64,000 bases of DNA from a virus, in the IMG/VR virus record IMGVR_UViG_3300037502_002304, positions 1 to 64,000 of that record; one strand, written 5' to 3'. Below are positions 41,254-51,012 of this stretch, in pieces. The number at the start of each line of letters is the position of its first letter. The stretch's first letter is position 1. Made by a program: the position numbers and the translations under genes. The notes beneath the pieces were generated by a model that ran no database searches, was not told the origin of the DNA, and saw only the letters and a list, made by a program, of their open reading frames with translations.

Positions 41254-42272
41254 GTTAAAGGTGTTTGAATTTCAATCACTCCATTATTTTCTGCAATATG
41301 CCTAGGAAGAATAAATTCTTCATTTTCTAGATACCATTTATAATCATCTACTATTTCTAGGATACCTTTATATTCTTTTCCAGTTCTGGTAATCCAGCCT
41401 TCAGCAGCCATTTCAATGAATTTATTAGGCATCTTATAAATTAAAGGTAATTCTGGATTTTCTCTAGAAATGTAAATGAATTCAAATGGTGCTACTTCAA
41501 AGTCTTTGAAATAAGGAACTGTTTCTCTAATATAGTATACTGCTATAGTATACATAGCAGCTTGTAGATAATATTTATATTTATAAAAGTTTTCCATAAA
41601 ATTAAAGAAAGTTCCTGTCTTTAAATCTTTAGGGTAAATAACCTTATTTTTATGATCTACTATTACAATATCAAGCATTCCCTTTACTTCTACTCCTCTT
41701 ATAGTAAAGAAAATAATTGCTTGTTTTACAATCTCTATATTTTCATCATAACTTTCTCTAAATATATCCCTAGTATATTCATGAGATTTTAAAGTAGCAA
41801 CCATTGTTTGTGCCAACTCTAATTCATCAGGACTTATATATTTTTTGCCCCTTAACATAGCTTTCACCATATTAAGTTGCACCTCAAAGAACTTATCCTT
41901 TAAATTAGGGGACTTCTTAAAGTTTAATTTCTTACAAATATCCTTTAAATCAGAGTCTTGTATATTAATTAAGTTATTATCAAATATATACTTTAATATT
42001 TTACTATGGTGAGTCCTTCCTGATAAATCAGGTGATACATTACTAATAGTGTATTCTTCATTTACATCATAATCCTCACCTGTTAAATATTTATCAACTA
42101 TACTTCCAAGTGTAAGACTTGGACTTCTTTTTTCAGGGATACCCTCCATTATTACGGAGGGTCCCTTTTCTTCTAATTCCTTAAAGAATGAATAAGAAGG
42201 TCTAGGATCTGCTCTATATTCTTTTTCTGGAATGTCTTGACAACAACTTTTAAATTCTACCATATCTTTCAT
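41250..42272 (-). CDS. PD-(D/E)XK exonuclease (RecE/ExoVIII-like)
   Basis: LGSIVD, KGMLDIV...DLKTG and YYLQAAMY motifs. Confidence 0.7.
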   Translation of the reverse strand: MKDMVEFKSCCQDIPEKEYRADPRPSYSFFKELEEKGPSVIMEGIPEKRSPSLTLGSIVDKYLTGEDYDVNEEYTISNVSPDLSGRTHHSKILKYIFDNNLINIQDSDLKDICKKLNFKKSPNLKDKFFEVQLNMVKAMLRGKKYISPDELELAQTMVATLKSHEYTRDIFRESYDENIEIVKQAIIFFTIRGVEVKGMLDIVIVDHKNKVIYPKDLKTGTFFNFMENFYKYKYYLQAAMYTIAVYYIRETVPYFKDFEVAPFEFIYISRENPELPLIYKMPNKFIEMAAEGWITRTGKEYKGILEIVDDYKWYLENEEFILPRHIAENNGVIEIQTPLT

Positions 42273-42275
42273 ATT

Positions 42276-42482
42276 TTAACCAAAATAATATTCTGTAACC
42301 ATTGTATCCAATTCAGATAATTTCTTACTTCTAGGATGTCTCTCACAAAGAGATTCTGTAATAATTCTAGCTACATGACCTTCAGATTGGTCAGTATTTA
42401 CTGCTTCTATAAATGCTTTCTTTACTTGTCTATCCCTTATATATTTTTTAGCATGCTTAATAATATCTTCTTTATTATACAT
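42276..42482 (-). CDS. hypothetical protein
   Basis: 68-aa ORF. Confidence 0.5.
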   Translation of the reverse strand: MYNKEDIIKHAKKYIRDRQVKKAFIEAVNTDQSEGHVARIITESLCERHPRSKKLSELDTMVTEYYFG

Positions 42483-42485
42483 ACA

Positions 42486-43127
42486 TTATTTCTTTAAGTT
42501 AAACAAAAATTCATTTAAAGTTTTTACATCATAATTTAACTTACTTTCTCCAATTCTATTTTTAGAAGTATTTCTCCTATATACTTCTAGATTAATTACT
42601 TTTCTAGGAGTAAAAGTTAAATTAAATAATGTATCAGCTCTTTTACTTTTTTTAGGGGAAAAAGGTTTTATCTTTTGGATATAAATTCCAGCCTTATCAT
42701 ATAACCATTTTTGTTTGTATGGAAATGAAATACTACTACTAGTATTCTTTTCATAATAAGCTTTTATTTCTACATAAGAAATAAATTTTCTTTCTCCATC
42801 TTCTTCTACTGTAGTATTTACTCTAAATGGAATATCTCTTACATTACCTTTTATAGGCACTTCAGTATTTAAATAAAATATATTTTCAGCCTTTTTATTC
42901 CATAAAATAGAGAAGTCAGCAGTAATACTGGCTTCCCTTAATAAATGTTCTGATTTTACAACTGTCTTACCTCTGACATTTTTATAATAATAATTTACTA
43001 CTGGCTCACTAAGAGGAAAAGTATTTACTTCATATCCCCAATCTTTTACAAATCCAGCTTGTTTTAATTCTTCTAAATAATAAGAAAAATACTCTTCTTC
43101 CCTAGACTTAAAATCATAATCAATCAT
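42486..43127 (-). CDS. putative PD-(D/E)XK endonuclease (DUF1064-like)
   Basis: FKSREE, YE, TADF, VEIK and K.K pattern. Confidence 0.5.
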   Translation of the reverse strand: MIDYDFKSREEEYFSYYLEELKQAGFVKDWGYEVNTFPLSEPVVNYYYKNVRGKTVVKSEHLLREASITADFSILWNKKAENIFYLNTEVPIKGNVRDIPFRVNTTVEEDGERKFISYVEIKAYYEKNTSSSISFPYKQKWLYDKAGIYIQKIKPFSPKKSKRADTLFNLTFTPRKVINLEVYRRNTSKNRIGESKLNYDVKTLNEFLFNLKK

Positions 43128-43998
43128 CTGAATCCTCCTCTTCTAAATAATTCTCTGCATTACTATTATATCTCTTATTATATTCATCTACAGAAAAAGC
43201 AATTCCTAAATATTTAGAAATAGCTCTTACATACCTTAAATGAGTTGTAGTACCTCTTTTCATTCCTGGTGCAGTATTAATTTCTAATACACGAGCTTCT
43301 CCTGTATTTGAATTATATGCAATATCTACTGCACCAAATACTAATCCAAGAGCAGGAATAGCAGCTAATGCTACCTCTTTTACTATATCTGGAACTTCTA
43401 TTCCCTTCCTACAAAATGACCAACCTTTTTTAAAGTTTCTAATATATTTAGATTCTTCAGTAATAACTATATTCTTTTCTGCACGTCTACTGCTAGACAT
43501 TTTCTTTTTCTGTACAGCATCTATTACTTCTCCATTAAATACATGAATCCTATACTCAGCATCATTTTCAAAATATTCTGTATATAATTTAGCATCTACT
43601 AACTCATCTTCAGTAGTAGCTAATACAATACCTTTACCTTCTTTACTAGATACTAAAGTTCTACAATAAATTATTTTACCATTTCTAATAGCTTTGGCTG
43701 CATCTTTCTTTTTTAGATAAAAAGTTACATGAGGTACATCACTTAACTCTAAGTTAATAAGAGTCTTAATTTTATTAGAAGCTAATGCTACATTTTCAGG
43801 TCTATTTATAATAATTATATCAGCATTACCACGTCTTAAAGCAGGGGCATCTCCTGCATACCCCCAATTTAATACAACATGTCCAGTTCTTGGGATATAA
43901 TTTCTATTTGGATATATTCTTTTACATTTAAAATGTCTTGAAATAGCCTTAGAAGATAGACTATTCATTTTGTAAGGAAGAACTTTTAAATTTCTCAT
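43120..43998 (-). CDS. ATP-grasp peptide ligase
   Basis: NWG, ASNK, GKGIV, EYRIHVF, IRN, FGAVDI and LEINTAPG motifs. Confidence 0.85.
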   Translation of the reverse strand: MRNLKVLPYKMNSLSSKAISRHFKCKRIYPNRNYIPRTGHVVLNWGYAGDAPALRRGNADIIIINRPENVALASNKIKTLINLELSDVPHVTFYLKKKDAAKAIRNGKIIYCRTLVSSKEGKGIVLATTEDELVDAKLYTEYFENDAEYRIHVFNGEVIDAVQKKKMSSSRRAEKNIVITEESKYIRNFKKGWSFCRKGIEVPDIVKEVALAAIPALGLVFGAVDIAYNSNTGEARVLEINTAPGMKRGTTTHLRYVRAISKYLGIAFSVDEYNKRYNSNAENYLEEEDSDD

Positions 43999-44023
43999 AG
44001 TAGTTTATTTAAAAAGATTTAAC

Positions 44024-44437
44024 TTATTTATATATATTTAAATATACTAAACAAATTGCCATTCGAGATTTATTAGTGCTAGTATACTTTTTAACTTCAA
44101 CCTTGTCATAATAAGGTTTAAGTTTTTCTAATATAGTATCTAAATATTTTTCTCTAACATCAATTGCCATTATTTGTTTACCTACATACTCTTTGAGTAA
44201 TGACATAATTTTGTCAATATACTCTTGTTTCCTGAGATTAACAAGTGATTCAATATTTCCTACAGTAAATAATTGACAATTTAATGTTGGATCTACTGTG
44301 ACTAATATACTAACATAATTAGCATTTAAAAATATTATTTCTCCAATATAAGGAAAATATTTATGTTTCCATTCAAATACTATTTCTACATCTTGTGTCA
44401 TTTTAGTAATATTTAAATTATATAAGTTTTTCGTCAC
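44024..44437 (-). CDS. hypothetical protein, tandem paralog A1
   Basis: Shares PT.NCQL...G, GK.I..ID.R..YLD, .PY..K...KKYTSTN.S.M..CL.YL with 44418..44810; start may be internal (MTQD). Confidence 0.7.
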   Translation of the reverse strand: MTKNLYNLNITKMTQDVEIVFEWKHKYFPYIGEIIFLNANYVSILVTVDPTLNCQLFTVGNIESLVNLRKQEYIDKIMSLLKEYVGKQIMAIDVREKYLDTILEKLKPYYDKVEVKKYTSTNKSRMAICLVYLNIYK

Positions 44438-44810
44438 TTAAGTATAATAAACATAAAACCATTTCAGACCCATTAGTACTTGTATATTTCTTAATGTTTA
44501 TTTTATTACAATATGGCTGTACTAATTTCTCCATTTTATCTAAATAGAATTGTCTAATATCTATTAATACAATATTTTTACCAATATGATATTTAATTTT
44601 TTTAAAAATCTGTCTAACTATATCTGGAAATTCTTTTAATTCTAAAAGTTCTTCACTTCCTCCTAAAGAACATAATTGACAATTAAAAGTAGGAGAACTA
44701 TATACTGTTAGAATAATATCGAAAAAAGGATCATGTTCTATAGTTATTTTTCCTGCACTAATTGGGCCAGTAACCCATTCAAATTTTACATTATTAATAG
44801 AATCTCTCAT
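44418..44810 (-). CDS. hypothetical protein, tandem paralog A2
   Basis: See 44024..44437. Confidence 0.7.
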   Translation of the reverse strand: MRDSINNVKFEWVTGPISAGKITIEHDPFFDIILTVYSSPTFNCQLCSLGGSEELLELKEFPDIVRQIFKKIKYHIGKNIVLIDIRQFYLDKMEKLVQPYCNKINIKKYTSTNGSEMVLCLLYLSDEKLI

Positions 44811-44811
44811 A

Positions 44812-45495
44812 TTACAATAATTTTAATTCTTGATCATAATATTTTTTAACTAATCCTACTAAATTTTTAAAATCAAATTCCCATAATCTACCTTTTCTAG
44901 CAGCATATGAAGGATGTTCTGCTTCTAGAATGATATGAGCATTTGAGTTTATATATTGTTTATAATCCTGTGCATTCTTACCCCACAAACAGAATATTAA
45001 TCCACTGTTATATTCTGATAGTCTTTTAAGCACTTCAATAGTAAACCATTTCCAATACTTAAAATGACTTTCTGGCTCACCTTTTTTCACAGTTAAAGCA
45101 GTATTATATAAAAATATACCTTGGTTAGCCCAATGTATTAAATCCTTTTTAAACTCTCCTTCATAATTAAAATCGTATTCTACACGTTCTTTTATTTTTC
45201 TGAGAGAAGGACTTAATCCATTAGAAGATAAATCATTAGAGAAAGCTAATCCATTAGCTCTATTATTTGGATAAGGGTCTTGGCCTAATATAACTACTTT
45301 TAAATCATCATAATTTGTTAATTTAAAGGCATTAAATACCTTATTTTTCTCTGGAAATATTAATCCTTTATTTACTTTATACTCTTTACTCAAAGAGTCT
45401 AAAATCTTATAAAAATCAGTAGATAGTAATATAGGACTTAACATCCTATACCAACTACCTACTAATTTTTGTGCAAATTCTTTACTAACTTTCAT
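44812..45495 (-). CDS. ung: family 1 uracil-DNA glycosylase
   Basis: KVVILGQDPYP, GLAFS, PSL, WANQG, LWG and HPS motifs. Confidence 0.92.
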   Translation of the reverse strand: MKVSKEFAQKLVGSWYRMLSPILLSTDFYKILDSLSKEYKVNKGLIFPEKNKVFNAFKLTNYDDLKVVILGQDPYPNNRANGLAFSNDLSSNGLSPSLRKIKERVEYDFNYEGEFKKDLIHWANQGIFLYNTALTVKKGEPESHFKYWKWFTIEVLKRLSEYNSGLIFCLWGKNAQDYKQYINSNAHIILEAEHPSYAARKGRLWEFDFKNLVGLVKKYYDQELKLL

Positions 45496-46920
45496 TCATA
45501 CTATTTCTTTTATTGGAAAATTAAAATTATTTAAATTGTCGCATTTAACATCTAATACTCCTATAAAATCATGATATTTACTTTGATACATATTCATAAG
45601 ATCTTTTCTATACTTTATATAAGCTTTTAAGAACTTATTAAGCATTTTATCTTTATAAATAGTATCTATAATAGAGTTAAGAGTAATATTTTTATTAAAA
45701 GGATTTTCATCTTTAACTCTAAAAGCATATTCTACAATAGCACTGGTAATAAATATCCAAGCAGCTATCTTATCTTTATTAAAAGTACTGTTATGAATTC
45801 TAAATTCTACAGTACCACTACCAGCAAAAGCATAATGATTTAAATTACATATATAATATCTAGAATTAACAGCCCATTTATGCTCATTATATGCATCTAT
45901 AGGATGGCTCATTCCTATATGAAAAGAATCTAAATCTACATTATCAGATGATAGAAATAAAACTATATTTTCTAGATCATGTTCAAAATCATCATAAGTT
46001 ATTAGATTTTTATTTAATGGTTGACAATAATTCTTACCAGTACTTTTAAATAAAGCTGTCCTTTTTAATAATAAAGGAAACATTTTATATATTTCATCCT
46101 GAACTGTACATACTGTTCTATAAAGAGATACTAACATTTCATCAGAGCGGGAATAACCTCCTATATGGACATGTAAACTTTCATCTACACTTCTAGAACA
46201 GTACTTATTCAATAGTTCAGAATGAGTTTTAATAGCTGGAAATACAACATTTTTGTCTAGAATTACAGTAGCATATTCAAAAGAAATACCTCTAGACTTT
46301 CTGAGACTACCATCTTTTACTGGTATTAATCCATTAATTAAACATTTATTTTCAGGGATTTTACCTGCATATGTTTCATATTCTAACCCCACAGTAACAT
46401 TATCTGGTAAAAATTTCCAGAAATGCTTTACTTTAGGTGGATTAAAGTGTTTATTAAAACTGTTGGTAAAACCTTGCAATAATCTATCTGCACTATAATC
46501 AAAGGGGAAATTATAACTTCCCCCTAAAGTTGGTCTATAGAACTTTTTATTTGCTTTATTTTTACGAACAAATATACCAGTTCTTATATCTTCTACATAT
46601 TTACCACTTTTTAATAAAACACTTTCATCATAAAAAATTCCTTCTGAAGGTATAGCAACACTTTTTATAGGATCAAATTTAAAATGAGCATAAACAGGTT
46701 TATCCTTCTTGTAATCAACTATACCTTTTACATGTGCTGCACTCTTTAATACATAATTCTTTACATCATAATCATACACTACTAAATTACTATCAATTCG
46801 ATAATATCGGCCGTTAGGCATTTTAAAGCACTGACGACCGATTTCATAATACTTACCATTATATTTTCTACAATTATCTTTAGGTGCAAGTGTACCATCA
46901 AAAGTTTCTACCATTTCCAT
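45496..46920 (-). CDS. putative amidoligase (GCS-fold COOH-NH2 ligase)
   Basis: VGLEYET, KDGSL, FEYAT, SLHVHIG, RY..N and GTVEFRIHNST motifs. Confidence 0.8.
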   Translation of the reverse strand: MEMVETFDGTLAPKDNCRKYNGKYYEIGRQCFKMPNGRYYRIDSNLVVYDYDVKNYVLKSAAHVKGIVDYKKDKPVYAHFKFDPIKSVAIPSEGIFYDESVLLKSGKYVEDIRTGIFVRKNKANKKFYRPTLGGSYNFPFDYSADRLLQGFTNSFNKHFNPPKVKHFWKFLPDNVTVGLEYETYAGKIPENKCLINGLIPVKDGSLRKSRGISFEYATVILDKNVVFPAIKTHSELLNKYCSRSVDESLHVHIGGYSRSDEMLVSLYRTVCTVQDEIYKMFPLLLKRTALFKSTGKNYCQPLNKNLITYDDFEHDLENIVLFLSSDNVDLDSFHIGMSHPIDAYNEHKWAVNSRYYICNLNHYAFAGSGTVEFRIHNSTFNKDKIAAWIFITSAIVEYAFRVKDENPFNKNITLNSIIDTIYKDKMLNKFLKAYIKYRKDLMNMYQSKYHDFIGVLDVKCDNLNNFNFPIKEIV

Positions 46921-46922
46921 AG

Positions 46923-48752
46923 TTATCCTATTTCTGAAAGTTGTTCTTTAAAATTATTTAACAATTCAATAGTATCTTCAGCTAATTTAACTCCTGGATA
47001 AACATATAAATCATCTATAGTATCATCTATAAAAGACACTACATTAACTATTTCTTTAGCAATTTCTTTCCTAGTCAATTCATCTTCCATACTATCTAAA
47101 TAGTCATTATTATCCTTTTCAGTAGAATAATCTGATCCTAATATAGCTTCTTTCTTTTCTTCATCGGAACTATTGAAAACCTCTTCATAATATTTTTCTG
47201 CAACATCTTCATCTCTACTACAATCATATTCTAAAGCTTTATTAAAATCATCAAAATCTTCAGGATAATATTGTCCTTCATTTTCAGTAACAGTTCTATA
47301 ATCTGCTACTGTAGCTACTGATTCTCTACCACCCCTAATAAGTTTAGAGACTTTACTAAATACAGGATATAACATTCCATTATAAACTATTCTTTCACCA
47401 ATAATTGGATTCCATTCATAATATTTATTGTCTCTAAGATCTAATACAGGATGTAAAGCTATTTTAATTACTTTTTCTGCAAGAAATCTATTCTTCACTT
47501 CATCAGTATAAAACTTTTTATACTTCTTATTATATTTACGAAAACTTTTATGGTCTTTAACCATAATCCCATCTATAAAGTAATATACTTTATGATATGA
47601 AGAATTAGCTAAATCATTAGGTACAATATATCCTAAAGAATTTACGTGATAAATACCATGAACTATTTTATCTTTAATTTTATACCTACCATTTACAAAT
47701 ACTATTCTATTGTCTTCTAAACTAATTTTATCATCAGCAGAAGGTAAAGCTTTATTAGTAGAATTACTTTGAATTGTAGTACTCTGAGTGTTTTTACTCT
47801 TATACCTCATATTCCAGTTAGAATATCCACCATAATTATTATACCAATAGTCATCATAGTCATAACTATGGTTATAATTAAGAAAGCCATTGCCTTGGAT
47901 ATTCTTTCTAGTTATATGAAAATCATCTACTAACTTACCTTCTTTAAAAGTTAATACAGTATTAGCTTCTATTTCTTCAATATTTGGCTCAGCTTCTTCT
48001 GAAATTACATATAATGAATTTTCTACTGAAGAAAACCAAATATTATTTCTTCCTTCATAAATATATAATGGCCGCTCTTCTTCATTATCGTTAGAATATT
48101 TATTCATAGGACTTTCACCTCTAAATAATTTCAAAGTACTGTCCCTGAAATCATACCAAGCTAATGCAGCCCCTCCTTGATATTCTTCTAAAATAGAATA
48201 ATCTTTCTTTACAAGTAACGTCCATAATAATACTTGAGAATCATTAGGGGCATGTTCAATTTTCTTACCCTTATCGTAATAAACTAATTTTTCAGGAACA
48301 TTATATTTCTTCATAAGTTCCTCTTTATTATAAAGAGTACCATTATGAAGTCCCATTCCTATGATATTATCATTCTCATCCCTAATAGCAAAGGGTTGAG
48401 TATATTCAATACCCATAGTTAATTTAGCATTTGCAGAAGTTTTTCTAGTATGACCAAATATAGTTGTCTCATTTTCAATATCAGGGTTTAATCTATAAAC
48501 AACTATATCAGTATATTTTTTGATAGGGCTAGAATTAAAATGTTCATAATATTTTCCTATCATTCTTCCTGCAGCATCACCACCTCTGGGATCATTCATA
48601 ATACCAAGGATATTAAACTTATCCCATTTAAATTTTTTATTAGTCTTACCATGAAATCCCCAGATACCACAATTAAGAGTATCATAATTAGGTTTGAAGA
48701 AATAAGTTATAATCAAATGAACTAACAATGCTACTAAAATAATATTTACCAT
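46923..48752 (-). CDS. class II (Ntn) glutamine amidotransferase with a hydrophobic N-terminal leader
   Basis: CGIWG at residue 28; RGGDAAG, GHTRK, QPF, HNGTL, DSQ and ERPL motifs. Confidence 0.85.
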   Translation of the reverse strand: MVNIILVALLVHLIITYFFKPNYDTLNCGIWGFHGKTNKKFKWDKFNILGIMNDPRGGDAAGRMIGKYYEHFNSSPIKKYTDIVVYRLNPDIENETTIFGHTRKTSANAKLTMGIEYTQPFAIRDENDNIIGMGLHNGTLYNKEELMKKYNVPEKLVYYDKGKKIEHAPNDSQVLLWTLLVKKDYSILEEYQGGAALAWYDFRDSTLKLFRGESPMNKYSNDNEEERPLYIYEGRNNIWFSSVENSLYVISEEAEPNIEEIEANTVLTFKEGKLVDDFHITRKNIQGNGFLNYNHSYDYDDYWYNNYGGYSNWNMRYKSKNTQSTTIQSNSTNKALPSADDKISLEDNRIVFVNGRYKIKDKIVHGIYHVNSLGYIVPNDLANSSYHKVYYFIDGIMVKDHKSFRKYNKKYKKFYTDEVKNRFLAEKVIKIALHPVLDLRDNKYYEWNPIIGERIVYNGMLYPVFSKVSKLIRGGRESVATVADYRTVTENEGQYYPEDFDDFNKALEYDCSRDEDVAEKYYEEVFNSSDEEKKEAILGSDYSTEKDNNDYLDSMEDELTRKEIAKEIVNVVSFIDDTIDDLYVYPGVKLAEDTIELLNNFKEQLSEIG

Positions 48753-48764
48753 AATTTAAAGATT

Positions 48765-49613
48765 TTAATAATTTACACTTTTTAATTTCCTATAAACATG
48801 AGTATTTCTAAGACTACCTGAAAATCCATTAGAAGGTGGTATTTGTTCTACTAAATCTATACCTAGAAAATCATAATCTTCATAAGAAGGTTTCTTAAGA
48901 GACTCTAGTTTTTCACAATTTTCAGCAGAAGAACAATATTCTACTACTTTTTGTACTTGGTTATAAATCCAGAAAGTATATGCTGGATTTCCAAAATATC
49001 CACCTAAAGTACGGAATTCAATTCCATAAGGTGTAGGTCTAAATGCTCCATATGCACCATAATTTTCTCTACGTTGTTTAGTATATGATACTATATCTGA
49101 AGGTAAACTAACAAAATAATCATATGCTCTTGCTAGATACAGATTCATAATCATAGGGTCTACATTATCATCTAATACATCATAACCTAGATGAATATGA
49201 GTTCCTACAGGTCTGTAAAGAGAATCTCCTAATTTAGGTGATTGCTTAGAACATTTTTCCCAAGCATCTATATAACTGCTACATCCAAATTCTTGACCAT
49301 CTTTTGTATAAATAAACCTTTTATCAAATTTAGCTATATCTACAAAATCTATATGAGCTCCAGGTTTTTTAGTTTCAAGCAAAAGATTAATCATAGTAAT
49401 TAAGTAGCTCATATTACTGTAAAATGAGTCTTCAGTACTAGATGGTGGGATATTTCCTTCTATTAAGAGATTATCTTTTAATACAGCAAAACCATTTCCT
49501 TTATCTTCTGGATTTTGTTTAGTACCTTCAATAAACATAAAAGAAGGTAAATATTTATTTTTATATCTGATTACAAATTCAGGATCTGCACCGATAGTTT
49601 TAAATTCTAACAT
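48765..49613 (-). CDS. phiEco32-like COOH-NH2 ligase (type 2)
   Basis: IGADPEF, DNLLIEGNIPP, FGC, GTHIHLG, RRENYG..GAFR and YGIEFRTL motifs. Confidence 0.82.
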   Translation of the reverse strand: MLEFKTIGADPEFVIRYKNKYLPSFMFIEGTKQNPEDKGNGFAVLKDNLLIEGNIPPSSTEDSFYSNMSYLITMINLLLETKKPGAHIDFVDIAKFDKRFIYTKDGQEFGCSSYIDAWEKCSKQSPKLGDSLYRPVGTHIHLGYDVLDDNVDPMIMNLYLARAYDYFVSLPSDIVSYTKQRRENYGAYGAFRPTPYGIEFRTLGGYFGNPAYTFWIYNQVQKVVEYCSSAENCEKLESLKKPSYEDYDFLGIDLVEQIPPSNGFSGSLRNTHVYRKLKSVNY

Positions 49614-49644
49614 AGTTATATATTTTAAAGGTTATTTAAAATTA

Positions 49645-49998
49645 TTAGTCAAAATTAGGTTCTTCCCAAATACCAGTTTCAACTAGTAAATCATAGTTAG
49701 GATTAAGTTCCATGTTATATACATAAATAATAGCTTTACCATATTTAGTATCTACTATCTGTTTATCATATAACTGAGGATAACCTTCTAATCTATCTAA
49801 AGCATCCAGACCCTCTTGGTTATCTACATCATAGACTTCGATAGATATACTACCATCTCCTGGTTTAATTCCAGGAAAGGCTCCTAAATTATACATATCA
49901 AAGCCTTTAATTCTATCTGTACCTAGATATTTATAAGGCCTAATCAATTCGTGATTGTAGAATCCCCTTTTTAATGAACCATAAACTGCTACTAACAT
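49645..49998 (-). CDS. gamma-glutamylcyclotransferase (AIG2-like)
   Basis: VAVYGSLKRG..NH, EVY and LDRLEGYP motifs. Confidence 0.88.
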   Translation of the reverse strand: MLVAVYGSLKRGFYNHELIRPYKYLGTDRIKGFDMYNLGAFPGIKPGDGSISIEVYDVDNQEGLDALDRLEGYPQLYDKQIVDTKYGKAIIYVYNMELNPNYDLLVETGIWEEPNFD

Positions 49999-50016
49999 AA
50001 TTATAAATTTTAATTA

Positions 50017-50511
50017 TTAACTATTAAAAACAATTCTTCTTGTGAAAAAATTTTCATTTAAAGGAATATCATTTAAAGTAAACTTCTTACTTTTTAAAGC
50101 TAATTTTACTATTTGACCAAAGCTAGGACCATGTTTTAAATAATCTTTATTTAAATATACACTACTATAGTCGCCAGAATTTATAAAACTTGTTATACCA
50201 CTATATCCGTATGGATCATGTGTGATTGTTAATTTTTTAATTTCATCACAATAATATATACGAATATTAGAATTCCTTTTATCTAATAACATTCTAGCTA
50301 ATTCTCCTTTGGTAATAGTTTTAAATTTAGACTTCATTAACCAATAAATATCCATAAAACTCCTACCTTTTGTAGGATAACATTGAATACGATCATTATC
50401 TACATAATAAGTAGCTTTAAAATATCTGTCTGATTCATTAGGAAAAAAACTAAATAAATATTCTTTTTTAGTTTTAATATCTTTACCTTCCTTATAATAT
50501 ATTTTTCTCAT
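50017..50511 (-). CDS. hypothetical protein, tandem paralog B1
   Basis: Shares KKE, TYY...R.QCY....RSF, FKT.T..ELA..LLDKR.SNIR.YYCD and SFIN with 50524..51012. Confidence 0.7.
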   Translation of the reverse strand: MRKIYYKEGKDIKTKKEYLFSFFPNESDRYFKATYYVDNDRIQCYPTKGRSFMDIYWLMKSKFKTITKGELARMLLDKRNSNIRIYYCDEIKKLTITHDPYGYSGITSFINSGDYSSVYLNKDYLKHGPSFGQIVKLALKSKKFTLNDIPLNENFFTRRIVFNS

Positions 50512-50523
50512 GATTATTAAATA

Positions 50524-51012
50524 TTAAAATACATCTGGATTCAAATTAATATCATCATAAGTAAAATCTTTATTTTGTAATGCCAATTGTAACACATCTT
50601 CAAAAGTTTCTCCATATTCATGAAAATACTCATCTAAATGCATAGAATATTCATGTCCTTCTGCATTTATAAAACTCGGAATAGCTGAATACCCATGATT
50701 AGTAGTTACCATTAACATTTCAACATCATCACAATAATACATTCTTATATTAGAATGTCTTTTATCTAGTAAAATTTTAGCTAATTCTTTTCTAGTAGCT
50801 GTTTTAAATCTGGTTTTAAATAGCCAGAATAATTCCCTAAAACTTCTTGCTGCTTTTCGGTAGCATTGTAACCTATTTGTATCTGAATAATAAGTTTCAG
50901 GAAAAAAACCTCTATTTTCATTTGGCAGAAGTTTTAAAATAAACTCTTTTTTTGAACGAGCCTTTATATTTTTGCAATAAATCCTTTCTATTGGATAATC
51001 TTTTTCACTCAT
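50524..51012 (-). CDS. hypothetical protein, tandem paralog B2
   Basis: See 50017..50511. Confidence 0.7.
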   Translation of the reverse strand: MSEKDYPIERIYCKNIKARSKKEFILKLLPNENRGFFPETYYSDTNRLQCYRKAARSFRELFWLFKTRFKTATRKELAKILLDKRHSNIRMYYCDDVEMLMVTTNHGYSAIPSFINAEGHEYSMHLDEYFHEYGETFEDVLQLALQNKDFTYDDINLNPDVF

